A stretch of 63,414 nucleotides of DNA, counting the filler, from Clostridiaceae bacterium (GTDB lineage Bacteria > Bacillota > Clostridia > CAYPLH01 > DUMO01), in assembly GCA_012839865.1 (NCBI GenBank). It is 6 parts of 5 records of this genome, joined end to end, with 100 filler letters (N's around TTAATTAATTAA, not from the genome) between each part and the next. Parts side by side here need not be neighbours in the genome. Positions count along the whole stretch, not along the records: positions 38,700 to 57,773 come from DUMO01000024.1; 5 more parts are not named here. The stretch is one strand, 5' to 3'. Numbering within the stretch: position 1 is the stretch's first letter; every line of letters starts with the position of its first letter. The notes under the pieces were generated by a model, which worked only from the letters and a program-made list of their open reading frames with translations, had not been told where the DNA came from and ran no database searches. This document shows positions 39,013-48,701 of the stretch, piece after piece. A program made the translations under genes and the position numbers.

Positions 39013-40368
39013 CTAGCCCCTGTCTTCGCTGAGGGTTACATCAAGTTCAAGGTACTGCTTGTTCCTGAATATTTTTACCTTGACCGTATCCCCGGGTTTG
39101 TGCTTGTTTTTGAGTTCCTGCAGTTCATCAAAGCTTTCCACCGGTTGGCCGTCAAACTCTATGATTATGTCACCGGATCTAATTCCTGCCTTATGAGCCC
39201 CGCTCATGAAGGTAACATCAAGAACCCACAGCCCTACAGGCATATCATATGCTTCAGCAACCTCCCTGGAATACCTTGTATCGATTCTGACACCCAGAAC
39301 AGGTTCCCTTCCTGCAATAGGCGTTTTGTTGATAAGACTTTCGGCAATTTCTTTGGCAGTGTTGATCGGTATTGCAAATCCCAGTCCTTCATATTCAACC
39401 GATGCCATCTTTACGGTATTAACACCTATTACCTCACCTCTTGCATTAACCAAAGCTCCGCCGCTGTTTCCAGGATTGATGGCTGCATCTGTCTGGATCA
39501 GCCTGAGTTCTCTATCCTCGACTATAACCTTTCTGTTTAGGCCGCTAATAACTCCCGACGTTACTGAACCCATGTATTCAAGGCCGCCCGGATTGCCTAT
39601 GGCTATTGCTATTTCTCCAACTTTTAGCTTGTCGGAGTCTCCAAGCTTGGCCTCCGGCAATTCGGAAGCATCAATTTTAAGAACAGCCAGATCTGTCTTT
39701 CTGTCCCAATCCACAATCGTTGCCTCATAAGGCTTATCCATCTGATTAGGCAGGTAAACTTCTATTTTTGCACCATCTGTCATCTGTCCCATGTTATCAA
39801 TTACATTTGATATAACATGGTGATTTGTAAGTATATACCCGTCGGAACTGATTATAATCCCGGAGCCCTCGGAAGGTGAAGCCTGCTGCTCGCCGAAGAA
39901 GAAAAATTCAAAGCTGCTTGTATAACTCCTCTGTTTCGGTATTGACCTTATCCCCACAATTGACGGGCTGACCATTTCTGCAACAACCGACACGATGGTT
40001 TCGTATTGTTCAGCAGGCAACAGGACCTTTTCGGTATTGCTTGCACTTTGGTAATTATTATTGCCGGAACTTAAAGAATTGTTGGACTTTGAACCTGTGT
40101 CCGGCGATAGGCTGCCTGAACTGTAATTTTTATCCTGCAAGCCTTCCATCAAAGCCTGAGCCTTCGGTGCAGCGTATACAAAAAATGAGCCTACCACAAC
40201 TCCGCCAAGTATTGAACTTATGACAGCAACAATAATCATTTGGAATACAATTCCAAACCTTCTGCTTTTCTTCTTTCTATAATTTTCTGTATAAAATGAA
40301 GCGCTTTTCAGTGAATCCCTATTTTCGCCATCTTTGTTCGATTCATAATAATTTCCCCAGTTTTCCAT
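39013..40368 (-). CDS. htrA: HtrA/DegP-family serine protease with PDZ domain
   Basis: TM helix, LTNHHV, DLAVLK, QTDAAINPGNSGG, C-terminal PDZ. Confidence 0.93.
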   Translation of the reverse strand: MENWGNYYESNKDGENRDSLKSASFYTENYRKKKSRRFGIVFQMIIVAVISSILGGVVVGSFFVYAAPKAQALMEGLQDKNYSSGSLSPDTGSKSNNSLSSGNNNYQSASNTEKVLLPAEQYETIVSVVAEMVSPSIVGIRSIPKQRSYTSSFEFFFFGEQQASPSEGSGIIISSDGYILTNHHVISNVIDNMGQMTDGAKIEVYLPNQMDKPYEATIVDWDRKTDLAVLKIDASELPEAKLGDSDKLKVGEIAIAIGNPGGLEYMGSVTSGVISGLNRKVIVEDRELRLIQTDAAINPGNSGGALVNARGEVIGVNTVKMASVEYEGLGFAIPINTAKEIAESLINKTPIAGREPVLGVRIDTRYSREVAEAYDMPVGLWVLDVTFMSGAHKAGIRSGDIIIEFDGQPVESFDELQELKNKHKPGDTVKVKIFRNKQYLELDVTLSEDRG

Positions 40369-40636
40369 TTCATGATCTCCTTTCAATTTTCTTAAATTAT
40401 ATATTTCCTGCACCCGCAATCTATAATTTTGGGGGTATGCAGGTAAGATTGCTGTTTCTTATCTCTTGTCTATATTCTAGTAAACCAATTTGAAAAATAT
40501 ATGAATAATCTGTGAATTTTAAAGGGAATCTCAATTTCTCCCAAGATGGCTCCAGCAGTGATATTATTCATGAAACAATTGAAAAAATACTGAAATGGTG
40601 AAGCAAAAATGAAATAAAAATGCAGGTTGAGTTTAT

Positions 40637-42124
40637 TTAAAACTCAACCCGGCTGAGTGTAAAGGAAAAAGTGCTGCCTTTTCCGAGTTCGCTTTCAACA
40701 TGCACTTCCTGGTTATGCTCGTTAATAATATTCTTAACTATTGCAAGACCCAATCCTGTGCCGGTTTTATCCTTGCCCCTGGATTTATCGGCCTTGTGGA
40801 ATCTATCCCAAATCACGGAAAGTTCCTCTTTTTCAATTCCAACACCTGTATCAGTTATTGATACAATTACCCTGTCTTTCTTCAATACAGTCCGTATGGT
40901 TATTTTTCCGCCTTCCGGAGTAAATTTGACTGCGTTATGCAAAAGATTTATAAAAACACGCTCAATTGCGTCTTTATCTGCATTTACCGGTGTTTCTTCC
41001 TGTGCGAAGTCGGCTTCCACCTCTAAATCCTTTTTTACCAGCATATTTTCCAGCTTGATTACACATCTTCTTATAAGCTCATTTATGTCGAACACCTGGT
41101 AATTTAACCGCATCTCGCCGGATTCCATTTTTGCCAGGTCCAAAAGGTCGTTAACCAGCCTGTTGAGCCGGTAAGTTTCCTCCATTACAATTGAAAGGTA
41201 GTGCTTATGTTTTTCCGGTGGAATGGTCTCATCAAGAATCCCTGCTATATATCCGCTGATGTTTGTCATGGGGGTCTTCAATTCATGGGATACATTGGCC
41301 ACAAAATCTCTTCTCATTTGTTCCAGCTTTTTCAAATCCGATGCCATATTGTTAAAGCTTTCAGCCAACTCTCCGACTTCATCCCTGCTTTTTACATACA
41401 GCTTCTTCTCAAATTTTCCGCTGGCAATTTTCTTGGACGCATCGCATATTTCCTTAAGGGGTCTTGATATTTTTGCAGAAAACAAATAGGCAGGAATAAT
41501 TGAGACCACAATGGATATCAACACGGAAATCAGGAACAGTTTGAACAATATTGACCTCATCTCATATATTTCAGGCACAGGTGTGTGAAGGTATACCGCA
41601 GCTATGGTTCTTTCTTCGCCATTCCCGTATTTATACCTCACAGGCCGGGCAATGGTCAGCCATGATACGCCTGTATCCTTGAAAAGCCCGTAAAAAGTGC
41701 CTATTTCCTTCAGTACGCCGGTTCCGTTCATAATACCTCTGTACTGCCTTTCGTCCGGCAATTTATAATACCCTGATTCTCTTAAAAGTCTGCTTCTGAG
41801 TTCATAAGACATGCTGGAAATATCCGGCTTGTCAAAAATAATCCTTCCTTCGGTGTCCACAACCCAGATTATGGAATTGGTCGCAGCGCTGTTCACCTCC
41901 AGTTGGTTTTCAAAGAAAAGCCTCAAAAGAGGATTATTTTCACTTTCGATCATCAGCCTCAGGAATGTTGCAATATATTCACTGCTGTCAGACAGCGCTT
42001 TCTCCTTTTCAGAAGATGCAAAGTTCCCAAGAAAATAATAAAGCATGACACCGGACACCAGAAAGCTCATTAACAATATGAAAATAAATATTGTTATGAG
42101 CTTGCTGAAAATAGTTTTAAACAT
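40637..42124 (-). CDS. HAMP-domain sensor histidine kinase
   Basis: Two TMs, HAMP, SHELKTP, NLLHNAVKF, DTGVGI, GTGLGL. Confidence 0.93.
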   Translation of the reverse strand: MFKTIFSKLITIFIFILLMSFLVSGVMLYYFLGNFASSEKEKALSDSSEYIATFLRLMIESENNPLLRLFFENQLEVNSAATNSIIWVVDTEGRIIFDKPDISSMSYELRSRLLRESGYYKLPDERQYRGIMNGTGVLKEIGTFYGLFKDTGVSWLTIARPVRYKYGNGEERTIAAVYLHTPVPEIYEMRSILFKLFLISVLISIVVSIIPAYLFSAKISRPLKEICDASKKIASGKFEKKLYVKSRDEVGELAESFNNMASDLKKLEQMRRDFVANVSHELKTPMTNISGYIAGILDETIPPEKHKHYLSIVMEETYRLNRLVNDLLDLAKMESGEMRLNYQVFDINELIRRCVIKLENMLVKKDLEVEADFAQEETPVNADKDAIERVFINLLHNAVKFTPEGGKITIRTVLKKDRVIVSITDTGVGIEKEELSVIWDRFHKADKSRGKDKTGTGLGLAIVKNIINEHNQEVHVESELGKGSTFSFTLSRVEF

Positions 42125-42807
42125 TATTTCACCTCGAACTTATATCCAACACTCCAAACTGTCTTGAGTTGCCATATCTGGTTTTGGGATTTTATTTTTT
42201 CTCTCAGTCTCTTTATATGTACGTCCACTGTCCTGGAATCCCCATAGAAATCAAATCCCCAGACATGCTCCAAAAGCTGTTCCCTGGTAAACACCTTGTT
42301 TGGATTGGACGCCAGAAAGTATAAAAGCTCCAATTCTTTTGGAGGAAGCTCAATGTCTTTTCCGTTAAGTTTAACCGTGTAATTGGATTTATTTATTACG
42401 AGATTCGGATAAATTACCTCCTGCGTTCCAAAATCCTTATGCTCATACCTTCTCAGCACGGCTTTGACCCTTGCGACAAGTTCCTTTGTATCAAAAGGTT
42501 TGACAATATAATCATCAGCACCCAATTCCAATCCCAGTACCTTGTCAAAGGTTTCTCCCTTGGCAGTAAGCATTATTATCGGTATGCTGCTGACTTTCCT
42601 CATTTCTTTAAGCACTTGCCAACCGTCAAGTCCCGGAAGCATTATATCCAGAATTACAATACCAGGGGCAGATTCTCTGAAAACTTTCAGTGCATTATTA
42701 CCGTCATAAGCTGTGAAAACTTCAAAGTTCTCCTTTTCCAGGTAAAGCCTGATAAGTTCGCAAATATTGACGTCATCATCAACAACCAATATTCGTGTTT
42801 TTGTCAT
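42124..42807 (-). CDS. OmpR-family response regulator
   Basis: ILVVDDD, LDIMLPGLDG, LTAK, KPF, winged-helix TVDVHIKRLREK. Confidence 0.95.
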   Translation of the reverse strand: MTKTRILVVDDDVNICELIRLYLEKENFEVFTAYDGNNALKVFRESAPGIVILDIMLPGLDGWQVLKEMRKVSSIPIIMLTAKGETFDKVLGLELGADDYIVKPFDTKELVARVKAVLRRYEHKDFGTQEVIYPNLVINKSNYTVKLNGKDIELPPKELELLYFLASNPNKVFTREQLLEHVWGFDFYGDSRTVDVHIKRLREKIKSQNQIWQLKTVWSVGYKFEVK

Positions 42808-42835
42808 TATTCCCACCTTCCTCGCAGTACTGCAA

Positions 42836-43531
42836 TCAATAAATATTAAGATACTCTGCTATAGCGCGTCTGAACTGGTTTTGCACAGACTCTATACTGT
42901 CTTCTCCGTTTATAATTTTAAAATTGTATTCTTTAGCCATTATCTCATATTCCTGCTGAAGAGCATTGTGATATTTTATGAAGCTTTCAAGCATGTCACT
43001 TGAAAAGTTCGCATCCATGCCTGATTCCCAGTAATCCAACTGCCCGTATTTTGAAAAGGCTCTGTGCAAAAGGGTCTCAGGGCAAACATTCAAATAAAAT
43101 ACGATATCAGGTACCAGTGCAAATTCCAGCAACTCCTTCAGCCATTCCTTGCTGGCTCCGCGAACTATATCCCTTGCCATTAACGTGAAAATATATCTGT
43201 CCCCCAGCACTATAAATCCTGCTCTTAATGCAGGAATTATTTTATTTTCAAGCTGGTCAGCAAAATCAGTACAGTATAACAGGCTGAGGGTTGTCTTGCC
43301 AAGTATGTTGCCTTGCTTTGCCTTTTTTATTGCATCGCCCACCAGGGTTGACCTGCTGAGTCCCGTATTTAATACGGCATAGCCTTTAAACTCAAGCCAT
43401 TCTTTAAGCAGTTCAACATGCGTAGACCGGCCTGAGCAGTCCGGCCCTTCTATGATAATCAGTTTTCCCGTCAGTTCATCAGGATTTATATTTGGCAACC
43501 CTCTGCCGTAAAATGACTTTTTATTGCTCAT
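42836..43531 (-). CDS. Thymidylate-kinase-like protein with degenerate P-loop
   Basis: IIEGPDCSGRST (K to R), GDRY; ATG at 43531. Confidence 0.75.
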   Translation of the reverse strand: MSNKKSFYGRGLPNINPDELTGKLIIIEGPDCSGRSTHVELLKEWLEFKGYAVLNTGLSRSTLVGDAIKKAKQGNILGKTTLSLLYCTDFADQLENKIIPALRAGFIVLGDRYIFTLMARDIVRGASKEWLKELLEFALVPDIVFYLNVCPETLLHRAFSKYGQLDYWESGMDANFSSDMLESFIKYHNALQQEYEIMAKEYNFKIINGEDSIESVQNQFRRAIAEYLNIY

Positions 43532-43618
43532 ATCTTTTCCCCCTGAAGCAATTGGACATGGCTTAACACATAAGTCCCAAACATTCCTGCCCATACGGTG
43601 CAACATATTCCCATACCG

Positions 43619-44371
43619 CTACTTTGACTCTTCCTTTGAAAAACTTTCGCTTATTTTAAAATAATACCTGGTTTCTTCCTCTCTATACGGAGATTTATAC
43701 CCTTCAAGTTTTTCCCTGACCAGGCTTCTTACTATTTTTTGTTGTGCTTCTATCGGAAGAGTCGCATCAATTACCGTAAAGCCTTCTTCTTCAATCATGT
43801 TGTCATAATGATTCTTTATTATTCCCTGAAAAATTTTAAAACTCTCCACAGGATCGGTACTCCAACCCATATCCAGTCCTGCTTCATGATATTTGAGCTT
43901 GACTCGCCCGGACAAAATCCTTTCAATGCATGTTTCAAGGGGCAATTTGAAGTAAAAGACTATTGTAGGTTTGACTGCAAAGCTGTATAAATTTCTTACC
44001 CATTCGCTGTTGCAGCCCCTTGCCATGTCCCTGGCATAAGCAGTATAAACATAGCGGTCGCAAAGTACAATATATCCTGCCCGAAGTCGTGGCAAAATCA
44101 ATTTTTCATATCGATCGGCAAAATCACTGGCATGAAGCAGACTAAAAGTAGTAGGCGTGAATAATTTCTCCTTCTTGGCTTTCTTTGTATAATCCTTTAT
44201 TAAATCCGAGGAGTTCCATTCTGTAAAAAACACAGGTATCCCCTGTGATTCAAACCATTTTTTCAATAGTTGGATTTGTGTGCTTTTCCCTGAGCCGTCT
44301 ATTCCTTCAACAACAAACAACCTGCCGGGGTAGCTCTTGTCCTTCCCGAGCTCTCTTACCTTTTTCATCAT
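43619..44371 (-). CDS. Thymidylate-kinase-like protein
   Basis: VEGIDGSGKSTQ, CDRY. Confidence 0.8.
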   Translation of the reverse strand: MMKKVRELGKDKSYPGRLFVVEGIDGSGKSTQIQLLKKWFESQGIPVFFTEWNSSDLIKDYTKKAKKEKLFTPTTFSLLHASDFADRYEKLILPRLRAGYIVLCDRYVYTAYARDMARGCNSEWVRNLYSFAVKPTIVFYFKLPLETCIERILSGRVKLKYHEAGLDMGWSTDPVESFKIFQGIIKNHYDNMIEEEGFTVIDATLPIEAQQKIVRSLVREKLEGYKSPYREEETRYYFKISESFSKEESK

Positions 44372-44489
44372 TTGATATACACCTCGTTTGTGAATACTAT
44401 AATATCATGTATATCCCGGCAATGTAAATAAGATTACTGATTTCGTCCATTCCGGTAAAGTTGCAAGTCGCAGGCTTGATGCCGCTGTT

Positions 44490-45644
44490 TTAAGTTTGCT
44501 TATGCAATCCTTTTTCGATTGTCAATGCAAATCTTATTATTGATTCAATTGTTTTTTCATAATCTGTTTTGCTTCTCAGCCTGGCTTTTTCAAAGGGAAT
44601 GGCAAGCCTGTTTATGCTGAAAACAGCGCTTATCCCGCTTTCGTAGACTTTTTCAATGTCATCCCCCACATCACCTGCAACCACAATTACAGGGACACCG
44701 GCTTTTTTGGCTTCCTGGGCTATTCCTATCGGCACTTTGCCCCGCAGGCTTTGTCCGTCAATTTTCCCTTCACCAGTTATAATAAAGTCGGCATCTTTTA
44801 TTATTTCCTGAAAGTTAACCGTATCCAGCATAATATTTATTCCCGGCTTCAACCGGGCACCGGCAAACACTGCCAAAGCTGCGCCAAGACCTCCTGCCGC
44901 CCCACCGCCGGGCATATTGCCGATGTTTATACCCAAATCCCTTTCAACAACCTGCGCATAATGTCTTAAATTATTGTCAAGGAACCTGACAGTTTCCTCA
45001 TCGGCACCCTTCTGGGGAGCATAAATAAAAGCAGCACCGTTTGGTCCGTATAACGGATTATCCACATCACAGGCGGCAAGCACCTGAACACTGTCAATTC
45101 GCTTATCTTTTCCCGATATGTCAATGTACTCAATGTTTCCTAAACCGCGTCCGTTTAACTCAACCTCGTTACCCTTTGAATCCAGGAATCTTACTCCAAG
45201 GGCTGCTGCCATCCCGATTCCACCGTCATTTGTAGCGCTGCCGCCCACTCCTATAATAATTTTTTTACAGCCCTTGTTGAGTGCATCTAAGATTAGCTGT
45301 CCTGTTCCATAAGTAGATGCACGAACGGGATCCTTTCTGTCCTCAATCAAAGGCAGCCCCGATGCAGCCGCCATTTCAATTACTGCAGTCACTCCGTCAT
45401 CCAATATTCCGTAAAAGGAATCAATTTCATCCATTAAAGGTCCCTTAACCCGAAGATTGATCATGTAGCCTCCCACAGCCTTTAGAAATGCCTCCACAGT
45501 GCCTTCCCCGCCGTCCGCGACAGGGATTTTCACCGTCTCAATCCCAGGATTGAGCCTTTTTATTGCATTTTCAGCAATATCACATATTTCCGAAGAATTC
45601 ATGGTCCCTTTAAAAGAATCAGGAGTAATCACAATTTTTTTCAT
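44490..45644 (-). CDS. glxK: Glycerate kinase
   Basis: PDSFKG, DGGEGT, GSATNDGG, TGEG..D.QSL.GK. Confidence 0.92.
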   Translation of the reverse strand: MKKIVITPDSFKGTMNSSEICDIAENAIKRLNPGIETVKIPVADGGEGTVEAFLKAVGGYMINLRVKGPLMDEIDSFYGILDDGVTAVIEMAAASGLPLIEDRKDPVRASTYGTGQLILDALNKGCKKIIIGVGGSATNDGGIGMAAALGVRFLDSKGNEVELNGRGLGNIEYIDISGKDKRIDSVQVLAACDVDNPLYGPNGAAFIYAPQKGADEETVRFLDNNLRHYAQVVERDLGINIGNMPGGGAAGGLGAALAVFAGARLKPGINIMLDTVNFQEIIKDADFIITGEGKIDGQSLRGKVPIGIAQEAKKAGVPVIVVAGDVGDDIEKVYESGISAVFSINRLAIPFEKARLRSKTDYEKTIESIIRFALTIEKGLHKQT

Positions 45645-45811
45645 TTGTAGTTCCTCCAACCCGGATATACTTTATTCTATAGTACAAAACAACAACTAGC
45701 AAAATTCTATAGTACAAAATAACAACTAACAAAGGTTGCTGTTTACCTTCAAAGAAAATCGACAATCAGGGACACAACCTGTAGAATCGTGCTGATAATC
45801 TTCGCCTGATA

Positions 45812-46276
45812 TTATAATATTTTCTTCAGCGTTTCTAATTCGGTTTCAGAAAATACTTTTGAAAAGTCTATAACTGGAATGAGCTTATCATTTTTCTCGC
45901 TCTTGACAATACCGCTTACAAACCGCAAACCGGCATCTTTTAAAAGTTCAGGAGTTGGTTCTGTATTTTCTTCGGGGAAGCTGTTAATTCCGATTATCTT
46001 GTTTACTTCAAATCCGATAACCATATCATCTACCTTTGCAATGATTATAACTTTTTTCCCTTTGTGGCCGGCTCCACCTTCTCCCATATTGAATCTCTTG
46101 TTAAGGCTTGCAACCGGCACCGTCCCTCCCCGGAATTCAGTAACCCCTTCGATAAATAAAGGCATATTTTGAACTATTTCTATGCTGCTGTTTTTTTGTA
46201 TCTCTATAACATCACTTGAACCAGCACCATATTGACCATTGTTCAGCTCAAACACAATCAGCTGACGTTCGCTCAT
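45812..46276 (-). CDS. cheW: CheW-like protein (orphan)
   Basis: LIVFEL, P.FIEGV..FRG..VPV, FVSGI. Confidence 0.75.
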   Translation of the reverse strand: MSERQLIVFELNNGQYGAGSSDVIEIQKNSSIEIVQNMPLFIEGVTEFRGGTVPVASLNKRFNMGEGGAGHKGKKVIIIAKVDDMVIGFEVNKIIGINSFPEENTEPTPELLKDAGLRFVSGIVKSEKNDKLIPVIDFSKVFSETELETLKKIL

Positions 46277-46429
46277 ATTCTATCCCTCACTTAAATAAAC
46301 ACTAAGTTTTATTTATCTAATAATATCATACCATAATAAAACATGGAAGCGTTTTCATATATTAATGATTTGACAGACGAACATACCAAATGCAGAACAA
46401 TATAGCAATACAGAATATGATACCTGAGG

Positions 46430-46687
46430 AAATGAAATGTATGCAGAACAGGGCTATTTGCGTAGCAAATCCAGCCAAAAGCGAGCGGGGCTTGATGTCC
46501 CCGAGCTTTCCTACTCTTATTTTGAGAAAATCAACGGCGAGCCAAAGGCAAAAATCCTATCGCTTTCACTCGCCTTCCATGGCTCGGAAAAGCTAAAAAA
46601 ACGTCCTGTTTTTTTCACGCATTTTTGCCTTTGTCTCACCTGGTTTTCTAACAAAATAAAGCCATTTGTTATTGGTACATTTCATTT
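46430..46687 (-). mobile_element. MITE-like element with terminal inverted repeats
   Basis: AAATGAAATGTATGCAGAA ... GTACATTTCATTT. The internal ~165 nt is the reverse complement of the 57165-57374 copy with scattered differences. Confidence 0.75.
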
Positions 46688-46769
46688 ACGCTGCTCTCTA
46701 ACTGGCTTCACTGAAATGAACTGCATTAGAGATATTATTTATAAAGTAGTAATAATTGACACTTTTAAT

Positions 46770-46798
46770 TTGACTTGACATAAAATACCCTTTATAAT
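46770..46798 (+). promoter_or_regulatory. SigA promoter of DUF1015 gene
   Basis: TTGACT-N17-TATAAT. Confidence 0.7.
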
Positions 46799-46838
46799 TG
46801 AATTTAAAACTGCTCTGCTGCAAAAAGGATGTGTTTGG

Positions 46839-48164
46839 ATGATCCATGGCATGAAAAATATTGGCATAGCCGTTCCGGAAGTTTTATTGCCGAATCCTGA
46901 GGTTGATCTTGAAAAATGGGCTGTAGTTGCTTGTGACCAATATACCTCTGAACCAGAATACTGGGCTGAAGTTGAGAAATTTACAGGAGACAGTCCCTCC
47001 ACCCTGCATATGATTTTCCCCGAAGTTTATCTTGGCAAAGGCAACGAACAGGAACGTATAAACAAAATAAACAATACCATGAAGGAATATCTTGAACGGA
47101 ATGTTTTAGTTCCTCAAAAAAGAGGTTTTGTATACGTTGACCGTGAGATTTCCCATTCCAAATCCCGTAAAGGTCTCATCATGCTGATAGATTTGGAACA
47201 TTACGATTATAACAGGGGCTCTGGGACGCTTGTCAGGGCAACCGAAGGGACAATTCTGGACAGGCTTCCTCCAAGGGTGAAAATACGTGAAAACGCAGTT
47301 ATTGAGTCACCTCACATAATGCTGCTGATTGACGACCCTGAAATGACAGTTATTGAACCAATAGCTGCACAAGCTGACAAATTCGAAAAACTGTACGATT
47401 TCGACCTTATGAAAAACGGAGGACATATCAGGGGCTATTTGGTTTCAGATGATAAATACATAGAATCAATTTGCAAAGCCCTTGCAAAACTGGCAGACAA
47501 GAAAACTTTTCAGGATAAATACGGCCTTGGCAATGACAGCAAGGTTCTGTTGTTTGCAGCAGGTGACGGCAATCACTCCCTGGCAACCGCAAAGGTTTGC
47601 TGGGAAAATTTGAAAAAGTCCATTTCCGAAAGCGAATACGAAACACACCCTGCCAGGTATGCCCTGGTTGAGGTGGTGAACATACATGATGAAGGCTTGA
47701 TATTTGAGCCAATTCACAGGGTTTTATTCAATGTCAGCACAGACAAGTTTCTATGTGACATTGTTGATTACTTTAACAATAAACCCTCCTCAAAATGCTG
47801 CATTACAGACAGTAGAAAAGCTGCAGGTGAAAACATTCACTCAATTGAGTTTATTTCAGGCAAAAAATGCGGATTTTTTGAAATTGAAAACTCCGGGTTT
47901 AATCTTGAGGTAGCAGCATTGCAGGATTTTCTTGACAAGTACCTTAAAGACAATCCCGGAATTACAATTGATTATATACATGGGGCTGAATCATTAAAAA
48001 AACTTTGCCGGGGAGACAACAATATCGGTTTTCTGCTTCAGCCAATGAAAAAGAGCGACCTATTCAAAACAGTAATTTTAGACGGTTCACTACCAAAGAA
48101 AACTTTTTCCATGGGTGAAGCCGAAGAAAAAAGATACTACCTGGAGTGCAGAAAAATACGATAA
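46839..48164 (+). CDS. DUF1015-family protein
   Basis: WAVVACDQYTS, RATEGT, DGNHSLATAK, LPKKTFSMG; adjacent to serA. Confidence 0.8.
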   Translation: MIHGMKNIGIAVPEVLLPNPEVDLEKWAVVACDQYTSEPEYWAEVEKFTGDSPSTLHMIFPEVYLGKGNEQERINKINNTMKEYLERNVLVPQKRGFVYVDREISHSKSRKGLIMLIDLEHYDYNRGSGTLVRATEGTILDRLPPRVKIRENAVIESPHIMLLIDDPEMTVIEPIAAQADKFEKLYDFDLMKNGGHIRGYLVSDDKYIESICKALAKLADKKTFQDKYGLGNDSKVLLFAAGDGNHSLATAKVCWENLKKSISESEYETHPARYALVEVVNIHDEGLIFEPIHRVLFNVSTDKFLCDIVDYFNNKPSSKCCITDSRKAAGENIHSIEFISGKKCGFFEIENSGFNLEVAALQDFLDKYLKDNPGITIDYIHGAESLKKLCRGDNNIGFLLQPMKKSDLFKTVILDGSLPKKTFSMGEAEEKRYYLECRKIR

Positions 48165-48173
48165 ATATCTTTA

Positions 48174-48202
48174 TTGACATTTAATTAACAAGGAATTATA
48201 AT
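48174..48202 (+). promoter_or_regulatory. Consensus SigA promoter for the serA leader
   Basis: TTGACA-N17-TATAAT. Confidence 0.8.
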
Positions 48203-48359
48203 CATTGTAAAATTTAATGCACGGAATATATTTAAACGGAAATATTTGTAGCAGCTTTGAGTTTCAATGGTATGTGTGGCTTGCAGCAACCTGGAAACAG
48301 GTGGCAGCAATAAATATTTGAATATATAATACCTGCGCAAATATCCAATAAAAAAAACC

Positions 48360-48474
48360 GGATGACTGTCCGGGAAGCATCTTGGGCGACCCTGACAGGA
48401 CGGATCTCTGGAGAGACCGAAAGGCGCCGAAGGGGCAAAGCTTGTTGGCTAAACTCTCAGGCAAAAGAACAGAG
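48360..48474 (+). ncRNA. Glycine riboswitch, single aptamer preceded by a ghost-aptamer hairpin
   Basis: CTCTGGAGAGACCGAAAGGCGCCGAAGGGGCAA...AAACTCTCAGGCAAAAGAACAGAG at 48406-48474. Upstream GGATGA leader and CTGTC..GACAG stem. Confidence 0.88.
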
Positions 48475-48505
48475 TCTTATTTAGGTTGTAATACCAACCA
48501 TCCAG

Positions 48506-48529
48506 AGGTCATATATTTGACCTTTTTTT
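48506..48529 (+). terminator. Candidate riboswitch expression-platform terminator
   Basis: AGGTCA-tatatt-TGACCT followed by a T-run. Confidence 0.45.
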
Positions 48530-48701
48530 ATTGGAAAAGCTGCCGGCACGGCAAAAGACATACTGTTCGGCTAAAAGGAAAATGCATTTCGTGTTTGTTT
48601 TTACATATTTATAAAAATTTGAGGCTTTGCTTCAACACTTTTTAAAGACAATAATGTCAGGATGCAAAAGGTTTTAAATCTAAAACAGAGGAGTGTTTTA
48701 A

